Shown: positions 8,162 to 17,718 of the stretch, piece by piece | How positions within the stretch are numbered: the stretch's first letter is position 1 | How the letters are laid out: each line of letters opens with the position of its first letter | Source: an uncultured Rhodospirillaceae bacterium | Lineage (GTDB): Bacteria; Pseudomonadota; Alphaproteobacteria; UBA9219 | NCBI GenBank assembly: GCA_964390005.1 | Contig: CAYMGM010000003.1 | Location: 14,271 to 78,270, forward strand | Length of the DNA stretch: 64,000 nucleotides | Direction: 5' to 3' | Made by a program: the position numbers and the translations under genes | The notes under the pieces: generated by a model | What the model was told of the DNA's origin: nothing | Database searches by the model: none | What the model saw: only the letters and a program-made list of their open reading frames with translations

Positions 8162-11100
8162 ATGCGGAGAGACGAAGGAACAGGGCGTATTTTCTATGCG
8201 CCGACGGATTTGGTGACATATCTTGAATGTCCCTTTGCCACGTTGTTCGATCTTCAACAAACGCTTCACCCCATCAAACTTGCCAAGAGCGAAGACGATA
8301 GCGCGAAGCTTCTTGAACAAAAGGGGCTGGAACACGAACGGCACTATCTTGAACAGCTTCGGCGCGAGGACCTCTCAGTCGTCGAGATCCCGTCGAATAT
8401 TTCCATTCCTCGACGGATCGAGATGACGCGTGCGGCGCTGAAGGCAGGTCCTGATGTGATTTATCAAGCGGCGCTTGGCGACGAGGTTTGGACAGGGTTT
8501 GCCGATTTTCTTTTGAAAACAGACCGGCCTTCGGGGCTGGGGGCGTTCAGCTATGAAGTTGCCGACACGAAACTCGCCCTTTCGCCAAGGCCGGAGTTTG
8601 TCGTTCAGCTTTTTGTCTATTGCGAGCTTTTAGCCAAGGAGCAGGATCTCGTTCCACGCGATCTGCACATTGTCTTGGGCGACAAGAGCAAGGTTTCTTT
8701 GCGCCTCGACGATTTTCGCTATTATCAGAAACTGGCGCAGGAGCGGTTTCTCTCTTTCGTTGAAAAAGGACATATGCCGCAGCCGGGCGAACCTTGCGCC
8801 CATTGTGACAAGTGCCGTTGGTTGAGTCTCTGCGAAGAGGAATGGGAGCGCACGGAACATCTTTCTTTTGTCGCGAATATTCGGGGCGAGCAGATCAAGA
8901 AACTCCGCCGCGCCGGGATCAACAGCATGCGCGATCTTGCAGCCCTGCCGGAGGGGCAGTCCGTTCCAAAAATGGCGCCTGAAACGCTGGCGACATTACG
9001 TGAGCAAGCACGTCTTCAGATCGCCAAAAAGGATGATGGCGAGAATCGCTGTGTTCTTTTGCCGTTTGCCCTGCATAAGGGACTTGCGCGTCTCCCTAAG
9101 CCCAATGAGGGCGATCTTTTCTTCGATATGGAGGGCGATCCGTATTACGACAATCCCCGCCTTGAATATCTCTTTGGCTTTGTTCTTTTGAATGAGCAAA
9201 AAGAGGACGTGTTCAAACCGTTTTGGGCGCATGATCGCGCGGCAGAAAAGAAGGCGTTTGAGGACGTGATGGATTTCATCATGGCGCGGCTTGAAGCCTA
9301 TCCCGACGCCTATATCTATCATTATGCGGCTTATGAAGAGACGGCGCTCAAGAATCTTGCCATGTATCACGGCACGCGCGAGGCCGAGGTCGATCATCTT
9401 TTGCGCAATCGCAAGCTTGTCGATCTTTACAAAGTTGTGCATGAGGGCATCCGCGTTTCCGAACCGCGCTACTCGATCAAAAATCTTGAGCATTTCTATG
9501 CGGAAAAGCGCGGCGGCGAGGTCAAGACAGCGGGCGACAGCATCGTTATGTACGAAAAATGGCGCGTGTTACAGGACGATACCATCCTTCAGGAAATAGC
9601 CGATTACAACGAGTTCGATTGCCGTTCGACCCTGCAATGCCGGGATTGGCTGCTAACCCTCAGACCGGAGGAGATGGATTGGTTTGCGCCTTACACAGAC
9701 GATGCGGAGGCGCGGGAGAACGAGGCAAAGCGTCGAGAAGCAGAAGCGGCGACGGCACAGCTTGCCGCGAACCTGACAAACAGCGTTTCGGAACAGGAAG
9801 CAGCATGGCGCGGTCTTTTAGGGCAGCTCTTGACCTTTCACCGACGTGAAGCAAAGCCGGGATGGTGGGCCTTCTTCACGCGGCGCGATCTAACGGACAA
9901 GGAGCTTATCGACGACGCGGAATGCCTTGGAAAATGTGAACGCGATATATCAGCGCAACCCTATAAACTCGGCCCACGTGACAGGTCTCTGGTTTACGAA
10001 TACAGGTTTCCGCCCCAAGACACAAAAATGCGAGAGGAGTATGATCCGGTCAATGCCTTCACCGGCAAGCGGATCGGTAAGATCGTTGGCCTTGATCGAA
10101 AAGGCGGCAAGGTTGCCCTTAAAATCGGAGACAAGCAGGCAAACCCGCCCGATCTTCTTTCGCTTATCCCGCAGAAACCGATTGAAAATAACGATATTCG
10201 TGGGGCCATCGGACGCTATGCCGAGGCTGTTGCAAGCGGAAGCGTCTCGCGTTACGCGGCCATTACGAGCATCCTGCGCCGTGATTTGCCTCGCCTTTCG
10301 GGGAGGGCTGAGGGGGCAAGCATACTTGGGCAAGGGGATGACACAACGTCGGCCTGTATCGATGCGGTCGGACGCCTCGACAACAGCCATTTGCTGATCC
10401 AAGGTCCGCCCGGAACGGGGAAGACCTATACCTCGTCTCATGCGATTGTTGCCCTTTTGAAGGCTGGAAAACGTGTCGGCGTTGCCTCGAATGCGCATAA
10501 GGCGATCAACAATTTGTTGGAGGCTGTTGAGAAGGAAGCCGAAAAACAGAACGTCAGATTCCGAGGCGTCAAAAAATGCACATATGACGATCATGCGCTT
10601 GCCAGCCGAGGGTTTATCGAGAACACGACAGACCTTAAACAGGCCGAAAGCGGCGGCTATAGCCTTGTCGCAGGCACGGCGTGGCTCTTTTCGCGCGTAG
10701 CGTTTGATCAAACGCTAGATTATCTCTTCGTTGACGAGGCAGGACAAGTCAGCCTCGCCAATGTCGTCGCAATGGGAACGGCGGCGCGCAATATCGTGCT
10801 TGTCGGCGATCAGATGCAGCTTGCTCAGCCAATCCAAGGCGCCCATCCGGGGCAATCCGGCCTTTCGGCTTTGGAATATCTTTTAGGGGACGCGGCAACG
10901 GTTCCGCCCGAACGCGGTATTTTTCTTGCCACGACGCGCCGCATGCATCCAGCCTTGTGCGGTTTTATCTCTGCCGCCGTTTATGAGGGCAAACTGCTTC
11001 CCGAACTCGACAATGCGCGCCGCCATCTTGTGGTGAACGGGCCGGAGGAAGATGAGGCTATTGTTCCGGCAGGCATTCGGTTTATCGAGGTTGAGCACGA

Positions 11101-11584
11101 AGGATGTTCGCAAAAAAGCGAAGAGGAAGTGGAACGTTTAAAAGCCACCTATGATCGCTTGCTTGGCATGAAGTGGGTGGATGAGACCGACGAGGAGCAT
11201 GTGATCGGCAAGGAAGATATCCTTGTCGTCTCGCCCTACAACATGCAGGTCAACGAGCTGCAAAAAGCGCTTGGCCCCGACGCGCGTGTCGGCACGGTGG
11301 ATCGTTTTCAGGGGCAGGAAGCGCCCGTTGTTTTGATCTCGATGGCGACATCGTCAGGCGAGGAGCTTCCGCGCGATATCGAGTTCCTTTTCAGCCGCAA
11401 CCGCCTGAACGTGGCCATCAGTCGCGCAAAATGTTTGGCCGTCCTTTACGCCAACCCGCGTCTCCTCGAAATCCCCTGCAGCACCATCGACCAGATGCGC
11501 CTTGTCAATACGCTTTGCTGGGTTCGTGCTTATGCGCATGCGTTCGGTGGGGGAGAAGTGGTAATTAGCGCGGCAGTGGCTTGA
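8162..11584 (+). CDS. Nuclease-helicase fusion: Cas4/RecB-like PD-(D/E)xK nuclease with Fe-S Cys cluster, TM0106-type RNaseH-like domain, C-terminal Upf1/Dna2-like SF1 helicase (Nhi-like defence candidate)
   Basis: 1140 aa; 'EVADTKL' D-x-K, 'C..CAHCDKCRWLSLC' 4-Cys cluster, 'FFDMEGDPYYD' DxE, Walker A 'LIQGPPGTGKTYT', 'VDEAGQ' motif II, 'VDRFQGQE' motif V/VI. Confidence 0.75.
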   Translation: MRRDEGTGRIFYAPTDLVTYLECPFATLFDLQQTLHPIKLAKSEDDSAKLLEQKGLEHERHYLEQLRREDLSVVEIPSNISIPRRIEMTRAALKAGPDVIYQAALGDEVWTGFADFLLKTDRPSGLGAFSYEVADTKLALSPRPEFVVQLFVYCELLAKEQDLVPRDLHIVLGDKSKVSLRLDDFRYYQKLAQERFLSFVEKGHMPQPGEPCAHCDKCRWLSLCEEEWERTEHLSFVANIRGEQIKKLRRAGINSMRDLAALPEGQSVPKMAPETLATLREQARLQIAKKDDGENRCVLLPFALHKGLARLPKPNEGDLFFDMEGDPYYDNPRLEYLFGFVLLNEQKEDVFKPFWAHDRAAEKKAFEDVMDFIMARLEAYPDAYIYHYAAYEETALKNLAMYHGTREAEVDHLLRNRKLVDLYKVVHEGIRVSEPRYSIKNLEHFYAEKRGGEVKTAGDSIVMYEKWRVLQDDTILQEIADYNEFDCRSTLQCRDWLLTLRPEEMDWFAPYTDDAEARENEAKRREAEAATAQLAANLTNSVSEQEAAWRGLLGQLLTFHRREAKPGWWAFFTRRDLTDKELIDDAECLGKCERDISAQPYKLGPRDRSLVYEYRFPPQDTKMREEYDPVNAFTGKRIGKIVGLDRKGGKVALKIGDKQANPPDLLSLIPQKPIENNDIRGAIGRYAEAVASGSVSRYAAITSILRRDLPRLSGRAEGASILGQGDDTTSACIDAVGRLDNSHLLIQGPPGTGKTYTSSHAIVALLKAGKRVGVASNAHKAINNLLEAVEKEAEKQNVRFRGVKKCTYDDHALASRGFIENTTDLKQAESGGYSLVAGTAWLFSRVAFDQTLDYLFVDEAGQVSLANVVAMGTAARNIVLVGDQMQLAQPIQGAHPGQSGLSALEYLLGDAATVPPERGIFLATTRRMHPALCGFISAAVYEGKLLPELDNARRHLVVNGPEEDEAIVPAGIRFIEVEHEGCSQKSEEEVERLKATYDRLLGMKWVDETDEEHVIGKEDILVVSPYNMQVNELQKALGPDARVGTVDRFQGQEAPVVLISMATSSGEELPRDIEFLFSRNRLNVAISRAKCLAVLYANPRLLEIPCSTIDQMRLVNTLCWVRAYAHAFGGGEVVISAAVA

Positions 11585-11624
11585 AGGGCAAAGGATTTTA
11601 GACGTTTGTTATCAGGAAAGACTC

Positions 11625-12503
11625 TCAGTTTTTTTGTGCTTCACTCGAAGAAGAAAGGTATTTTTGGAAGAAGCCATCAGGAGCATCGTGTTCTGCACAA
11701 CAATAGGCGCGCTCCGCAGCTTGTGAAACAACTTCGCGGTTAACCCGTTTTACAATATCGCTGGGGGCGGATGCCAACAGAAGCCTCTTCGCTTTTGAGT
11801 CAGGCTTGAAGGCGAAAAAGATATGGCGTGGCGTTAGCGGTAGAACAATTACACAATTCGGATCATTTAGGCCCGTCGTAAATAGACAAGGTCTATCTGA
11901 TGTTAAAATACGGTTAGACGCATGGAATGCGTCCATCAAGAACCAATCCATCGACAAAATATCGCTTAAAACGTTTGAATTCGAAATGATTTTAGGAAGT
12001 TGTTTAACGCCAATATTTTCGATAAGCGCAGGGTGGTTTATTTCTACCCAGTCTTTCAGACTTTCGGGTACTTCCCCATTTAATGAGGTTGAGTCTGGTG
12101 AGCTCTTGCCTTCAAGATAATCTGAAAATTGATCGCGGAGTGTTGTTTTGATTCTTGTTACAGTTTCCGGATTTCTGATTTTCATGCTCGAGATAAATTG
12201 AGCCCATCGGATCTTTTCTTTTTTGGTTAAAGGGGCGCCCGAGATAAACTTTGCTTTTATTTCCGCTCCTGCATTATCGATCGGTTTAAAAAACCTCGTT
12301 TCAATCTCAGATCTATCTGAGGCATGAAATGCTTTTGAATATGCATATAGAAAATCCCTATACCCCGTTCCTTTGGGGGCTTTCTGTCTTTTTGAAATTA
12401 TCCCGTCAAAATTTCTAATTTCCCAAAGCTCATGGGTTCCATGTGCTACCCATGATTTCAGGTAAAACTGCGGAACAAAGTGGTGCTTCGTTGAAGTTGC
12501 CAT
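11625..12503 (-). CDS. DUF4238-like protein (defence-island associated family); true start at internal Met
   Basis: Starts MATSTKHHFVPQFYLKSW, which is the HxVPxFYL signature I associate with DUF4238; AGGA RBS 9 nt upstream; the long N-terminal extension in the ORF track is rejected. Confidence 0.6.
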   Translation of the reverse strand: MATSTKHHFVPQFYLKSWVAHGTHELWEIRNFDGIISKRQKAPKGTGYRDFLYAYSKAFHASDRSEIETRFFKPIDNAGAEIKAKFISGAPLTKKEKIRWAQFISSMKIRNPETVTRIKTTLRDQFSDYLEGKSSPDSTSLNGEVPESLKDWVEINHPALIENIGVKQLPKIISNSNVLSDILSMDWFLMDAFHASNRILTSDRPCLFTTGLNDPNCVIVLPLTPRHIFFAFKPDSKAKRLLLASAPSDIVKRVNREVVSQAAERAYCCAEHDAPDGFFQKYLSSSSEAQKN

Positions 12504-12550
12504 TATAATTTTTCCTGCTTGATATCGATTTGAAGCATGATGTCTTTTGG

Positions 12551-13540
12551 TTACGGTAGTCCATCCCATTTCCGCTGTGCGCCAGTCACCATCTTTCGGA
12601 GCGCCGACGGTTTTATCACTTCGACCTGATCGCCCCACATGTAGAGGTGCCATGTCATTTCCAAGAGCCCGCCCGCGCGGAAACGCACGATGAGCGCGCC
12701 ATCCTTTTTCTCTTCCGTTTTCTGGTTTGGATGAAAGACAAACTCTCTCGCGGCTTGTGCCGCCTTGGGCGTGAACTTCCAGACGATGTCTTGTGGTTTC
12801 TCCATCCATACGCCGAAGGATTGGTCGGCATAGGCCTGAAGATCGAACGTAGGATCGCGATGAAAGCCGTCTTTCGTGACGGTAACGCTTTCAATTTGCG
12901 AGAGGATGAAATGATACCGCGCGGCCTCGCGGCCTTTTTCGGTTCCGCCGCCGACTAGATAGTGCCGGTGGCCATAGAGAAAGCCATAGGGCGCAACGCG
13001 CTTTATCTCGGCTTGCGGTTTGCCCTTTGCATGATAGAGAATCTCGACAATCTTGCAGGCTTTGATCGCTTCGCGAAGCGCATGCAGGTGCTCGGCATTC
13101 AATTTAGGCCGGGGGCCGGGGCGCGTGGCAAGACCTTCGGCTTCGATCAGTGCTTCAAGGTCAGGTTCAACCCGGCGCGAGACGTCGCATTTCTGAAGCG
13201 TTTTGATCTTTCCGCAAAGCGACCGCAGAGCCTTCGCTTGCAAACCAAGCCCGCGTCCAGCAAAGGCCTTCGTCGCCATATCAAGGCTGGCCAGCTCGTC
13301 CGGCGTCAAGGCTAAATGCCGCCCGTTGGTCGAGGACGGGATCCGCCAACGTTTGATCCTGTTTTCATCCGTTGTCTCATCGACCTGCGGATAAACGCGC
13401 ACCACGGCATCGCGCATGCGCATGGCCGTGCGGCGGGAGACGTCAAACATATCGATGATTTCCGTGAGGGTGACACCTTCGGCATTCGACTGCATGGCAA
13501 ACGCGAGGTTCAGTAGGTCTTCGGCTTTTTCGAAACGCAT
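12551..13540 (-). CDS. WYL-domain transcriptional regulator (HTH-WYL-WCX; BrxR/CapW-like)
   Basis: 'GVTLTEIIDMFDVSRRTAMR' wHTH; WYL domain 'PYGFLYGHRHYLVGG'; C-terminal WCX-like 'WHLYMWGDQVEVIKP'. Start taken at MRFEKAEDLL. Confidence 0.75.
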   Translation of the reverse strand: MRFEKAEDLLNLAFAMQSNAEGVTLTEIIDMFDVSRRTAMRMRDAVVRVYPQVDETTDENRIKRWRIPSSTNGRHLALTPDELASLDMATKAFAGRGLGLQAKALRSLCGKIKTLQKCDVSRRVEPDLEALIEAEGLATRPGPRPKLNAEHLHALREAIKACKIVEILYHAKGKPQAEIKRVAPYGFLYGHRHYLVGGGTEKGREAARYHFILSQIESVTVTKDGFHRDPTFDLQAYADQSFGVWMEKPQDIVWKFTPKAAQAAREFVFHPNQKTEEKKDGALIVRFRAGGLLEMTWHLYMWGDQVEVIKPSALRKMVTGAQRKWDGLP

Positions 13541-13826
13541 CGACAATCCCCAACAAAAACACTGGGGAAGAGCCTGCCACAAGTGATCCGGTTGGCCAAG
13601 AGCGCATGTGACCGGAATTGTCATGTCCGGGTGCTAGAATAGAAAGCGTTAACAGAGTGGTGTGCCATGAAGCCATTAAAACTTGTCCCGTCAAAAGGTC
13701 TTGAAATGCTTTTGAGTGCATTCGGCATTCTGGGGACTATGGAGGCGAGAAAGACCAAAAAAGCCAAATACACGAACTATATCCTTGTCTATGGCCCCGA
13801 TAATAAGGTCCAAACTGTTGAAACCA

Positions 13827-13860
13827 TAAAATAACGGGATCAACCAATTATAAAATAACG
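13827..13860 (+). promoter_or_regulatory. 11-bp direct repeat (ataaaataacg x2, 12-bp spacer) in the divergent WYL / SNF2-operon intergenic region; candidate operator
   Basis: Seen directly; lies ~95 bp upstream of the SNF2 start. Confidence 0.25.
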
Positions 13861-13954
13861 ATTATTTGTCTTAATGGGCTGTCCTTGGCTGTTCTTTTGT
13901 TTTAATATTTCGCCACAAAATCGGGCAGGCTAAGCGAATCAGAGATCGGAAGAA

Positions 13955-16891
13955 ATGAGGGCGCAAAACGAACAAATCGAGACAGGCGGAGGCGGAAACA
14001 AAACACCCATATCCCCTTATCATGCCAAATATTTTGCGCACGAGATTTCGACCAAGAAATCCGCCGCTGCCGTTGATCGCCTGACAACCTCGCTTTTCGA
14101 TGCCGCCGTTGATTTAAACCCCCATCAGATTGAGGCCGCCCTTTTTGCCCTTCGCTCCCCCTTATCCAAGGGCGTTATGCTGGCCGATGAAGTCGGTCTC
14201 GGCAAAACCATTGAGGCGGGTATCCTGCTTTGCCAAATGTGGGCCGAGCATAAGCGGCGCTTGCTTGTCATTTGCCCAGCCGTTTTGCGCCGCCAATGGT
14301 CGATAGAGCTTGAGGAAAAGTTCAACCTGCCGACGCTTGTGCTGGAAGGCAGTAATTATGCCGAGCGCAGCCAAGCAGGCGATCCCTTCGATTTCAAAGG
14401 CGTCGTCATTATTTCCTACCAGTTCGCGAACCGCTGCGCCGACGAGCTTAAGGCCGGGTTATGGCATTTGGTCGTGATCGACGAAGCCCACAAACTGCGA
14501 AATCTGTTCAAAAAAGACAACAAGATGGGCCGCACGATCCAAGCGGCCTTGGCCGATCACAAAAAGGTCCTTCTTACGGCCACACCTTTACAAAATTCGC
14601 TCATGGAGCTTTACGGCCTCGCCTCGCTGATAGACGAGCGCATCTTTGGCGGGATTGATACGTTCCGCACGGCCTATGTCAACGGGACGCCCAATATAGA
14701 TGATCTCAAAGACCGCCTTGCGCCCTTTGTCCAACGCACCCTTCGGCGACAGGTTTTGGAATATATCCGCTATACACGCCGCGAAGCGGTTACCCAGCCT
14801 TTCAGGCTTTTGGGTGACGAACAAAAACTCTATGACGAAGTCTCTGACTTCCTGTTGCAGCAAGATACCTACGCCATCCCATGGGCGCAAAGAAAGCTGG
14901 TCGTTCTTATTGTTCGCAAGCTTCTGGCGTCTTCCTCTTATGCCCTGATTGGAACGTTAGAGACGATCAAGGCGCGGCTGGAACGTATGCGGGAAACGCG
15001 GCGCGAGGAAAAGTTGAACCTGCGCACCGCCTTTGTCGCCGGGCAAGACATTGATATCGAATATGCCGAAGCAGGAGAGGAGGAAGGGCCCCAGCCCACG
15101 CCCCAGCGCAAGGAAATCGACCTCGAAAAGTTGGCCTATGAAATCGAACAAATCGAAGGTTTCATCGCCCTTGCGCGCTCGATCCGGATTGAAACAAAAG
15201 CCAAAGCGCTTCTCACAGCCCTGCAAACCGGCTTTGCCCGTATGGGGGAACTTGGCGGCGCGCGCAAAGCCCTTGTCTTCACGGAATCCAGTCGCACGCA
15301 GCGTTGCCTGAAGGACTATCTGGAAGACAACGGCTATCGCGGCAAGATCGTGACATTCAACGGCCAGAACACAGACGATCTTGCGAAGGATATTTACGCC
15401 CATTGGCTCAAAAAGAACGCCGAAACAGGCCGCGCCACGGGATCGAAAAACGTCGATATGCGCATGGCCTTGGTCGATTTCTTCCGCGACCGTGCCGAAG
15501 TGATGATCGCGACCGAGGCCGCCGCCGAAGGCATCAACCTTCAGTTCTGTTCGCTTATCGTCAATTACGACCTGCCTTGGAACCCGCAACGCATCGAACA
15601 GCGCATTGGCCGCTGCCATCGTTACGGGCAAAAGCACGATGTCGTCGTCATCAACTTCCTGAACCAAGACAATCTTGCCGATCAACGCATCTATGAATTG
15701 CTGAAAGAGAAGTTCCAGCTTTTCGACGGCGTCTTTGGCGCATCAGACGAGGTTCTAGGCCGCGTCGAATCCGGCATCGATTTCGAAAAGCGTGTGCTAG
15801 AGATTTTCGAGACCTGCCGCAAACCGGAAGAAATTGAACAAGCCTTCGTCGATCTTCAGGCCGAGATGGAAGAGCCAATCCAAAGCCGCATCGCCGAAAC
15901 GCGCACTCTGTTGTTCGAGCATTTCGACGAAGATGTCACCAAACACCTGAAGTTCAGCATGGAGGCGACAAAACAGCGCCTCGATACCGTCACGCACCAT
16001 TTCTGGGAGCTGACAAAGTTCGTCTATGCAGACCAGTTTTTCTTCAACGACGAAAAGCTGATCTTCGGCGACGATGCCGCCTTCATCGCGCGCGGCGAAA
16101 GGCCGGAAGGGGGCGAACATACGCCCATCTTCCACTATCTGGAAACGCGGCAGGGCGAGGTCAAAACAGGTCTGTCCGGCCAGCCCTATCGCATGGCGGG
16201 CCCGATGGGCGAGGCCGCCCTTCAAAAAGGGCGCGCGATGGAGACGCCACCCGCCGCGCTGGCCTTTGATTTTGCCTCATACCCCCACAAAATCGCCCTT
16301 TTGGAAGAACAAAGCGGCAAGCGCGGCTGGCTTTGGTGCGACAAGCTGACAATCAAAACGTTCGAGGAAACGGAAAGCCTGATCTTCACCGTCTGCGACG
16401 AAAATGGTGCGATCCTGCCGCCCGCGTTCGGCGAAAAGCTTTTCCTTCTATCGGCCACCAACGAAGGGGCCTTGGCCCCATGCCCCCACCAAAACGCGGT
16501 CGAAGCCGCGCGCGCGTCCAGCATCGAAGCCAGTCTGAAAGAATCGGAAATCAGCAACCACAGCTATTTCGAGGAAGAGCTGGATAAGCTCGACCGCTGG
16601 GCCGAGGATCTGAAAACGGGCCTAGAGATGGAGCTGAAACAGCTCGACCGCGACATCCGCGAGGCTGCCCGTCAATCGAAACAGAGGGTCAGCCTTGCCG
16701 AAAAGCTGGCTTTTCAGAAGCAAAAAGCGGCCCTCGAAAAACGCCGCTCCCAAAAACGCCACGAGCTTTTCCAAAGCCAAGACAAGATTGACGCAAGGCG
16801 CGAAGAGCTTATTAATCAATTAGAACGGCAACTGCAGGATAGCAGGCATGAGGTGGTGCCGCTGTTTTGCGTGGGATGGAGGGTTTCGTGA
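13955..16891 (+). CDS. SNF2/RAD54-family helicase (DISARM DrmD-like)
   Basis: 978 aa; motif I 'ADEVGLGKTIEAG', 'VVIDEAHKLRN', 'LLTATPLQNSLMELY', C-lobe 'IATEAAAEGINLQ...NYDLPWNPQRIEQRIGRCHRYGQ'. Confidence 0.85.
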   Translation: MRAQNEQIETGGGGNKTPISPYHAKYFAHEISTKKSAAAVDRLTTSLFDAAVDLNPHQIEAALFALRSPLSKGVMLADEVGLGKTIEAGILLCQMWAEHKRRLLVICPAVLRRQWSIELEEKFNLPTLVLEGSNYAERSQAGDPFDFKGVVIISYQFANRCADELKAGLWHLVVIDEAHKLRNLFKKDNKMGRTIQAALADHKKVLLTATPLQNSLMELYGLASLIDERIFGGIDTFRTAYVNGTPNIDDLKDRLAPFVQRTLRRQVLEYIRYTRREAVTQPFRLLGDEQKLYDEVSDFLLQQDTYAIPWAQRKLVVLIVRKLLASSSYALIGTLETIKARLERMRETRREEKLNLRTAFVAGQDIDIEYAEAGEEEGPQPTPQRKEIDLEKLAYEIEQIEGFIALARSIRIETKAKALLTALQTGFARMGELGGARKALVFTESSRTQRCLKDYLEDNGYRGKIVTFNGQNTDDLAKDIYAHWLKKNAETGRATGSKNVDMRMALVDFFRDRAEVMIATEAAAEGINLQFCSLIVNYDLPWNPQRIEQRIGRCHRYGQKHDVVVINFLNQDNLADQRIYELLKEKFQLFDGVFGASDEVLGRVESGIDFEKRVLEIFETCRKPEEIEQAFVDLQAEMEEPIQSRIAETRTLLFEHFDEDVTKHLKFSMEATKQRLDTVTHHFWELTKFVYADQFFFNDEKLIFGDDAAFIARGERPEGGEHTPIFHYLETRQGEVKTGLSGQPYRMAGPMGEAALQKGRAMETPPAALAFDFASYPHKIALLEEQSGKRGWLWCDKLTIKTFEETESLIFTVCDENGAILPPAFGEKLFLLSATNEGALAPCPHQNAVEAARASSIEASLKESEISNHSYFEEELDKLDRWAEDLKTGLEMELKQLDRDIREAARQSKQRVSLAEKLAFQKQKAALEKRRSQKRHELFQSQDKIDARREELINQLERQLQDSRHEVVPLFCVGWRVS

Positions 16892-17718
16892 GGATTGTTT
16901 GGAAAACCATAATTGATTTTTGGTTGGCCTCACTAGACGTAGTGACTATCTGGGTTCAGCCTGTGCTGGTTGGGGTGAGCGTTCTTGCAAGTGCTTTTTT
17001 AACTTATGATTTTTCTCATGTTTACTCGTATGTTCCAAGTTGGAAGCATCAGATTGATCTACTCAGATCGGCCCTTCCCATTACGCTAGTGTTGACCCAA
17101 GTCTTCCTGTTGGCTGTGTCCATTTTTCAGGGAATTAGGCAATGCTCAATTCGCAAGTTGAAAAAACAAGTGGATGAATACAGAGAAAAAATAAATATCA
17201 TTGCAAGCAATGTTGAAACGCTTGTTGATGGTATATTGTTGAGATTGGCGGAAAAGCTAAAATTGGACAAAGGAGATCCATCGCGGCTAACAATTTATAT
17301 CCACAACAGCAATGGACACTTTATTTCCTTCGGACGGTACTCCCCAGACCCATCTCTGAATGAAAAGGGAAGGAGCCTGCTGCCTGACAACGCGGGGTGT
17401 ATATCTCAGGCGTGGAAGAGTGATTGGTGTTATGAGGGGAATTTGAGTTCTAAAGATTGCCGCCAAAAATACAAAGTTGAGCAGTCCGTTGTTGATGGAT
17501 TGAGAATGAAATCAAGGTTCTATGCCGTTAAAAGAATTGACTCATCAAACAAGCGACCTTTGGCTGTCGTTGTTTTTGAATCTGTCACCGCAAACAAGTT
17601 TGACGAACAAAAAATCAGAAACCTTCTGAACGGAGAAGAAGCATATCTAGCAGAGATAATCGATTGTCTGAAAGAGCATATTCCTAACCCGCAAGATGCG
17701 CAGAAATGGGGGTTCTAA
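16876..17718 (+). CDS. AT-rich membrane protein: 2-3 N-terminal TM helices plus cytoplasmic domain (PanT-like toxin candidate)
   Basis: ATG overlaps the last codons of the SNF2 gene; hydrophobic stretches 'VQPVLVGVSVLASAFL' and 'ALPITLVLTQVFLLAVSIF'; markedly lower GC than neighbours. Confidence 0.6.
   Translation: MEGFVRIVWKTIIDFWLASLDVVTIWVQPVLVGVSVLASAFLTYDFSHVYSYVPSWKHQIDLLRSALPITLVLTQVFLLAVSIFQGIRQCSIRKLKKQVDEYREKINIIASNVETLVDGILLRLAEKLKLDKGDPSRLTIYIHNSNGHFISFGRYSPDPSLNEKGRSLLPDNAGCISQAWKSDWCYEGNLSSKDCRQKYKVEQSVVDGLRMKSRFYAVKRIDSSNKRPLAVVVFESVTANKFDEQKIRNLLNGEEAYLAEIIDCLKEHIPNPQDAQKWGF

Noticed and set aside
13657-13824. 55-codon ORF (MKPLKLVPSKGLEMLLSAF...) in the WYL/SNF2 intergenic region
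   Set aside because: Too short and unsupported to call. It is mentioned under the regulator finding as a possibility
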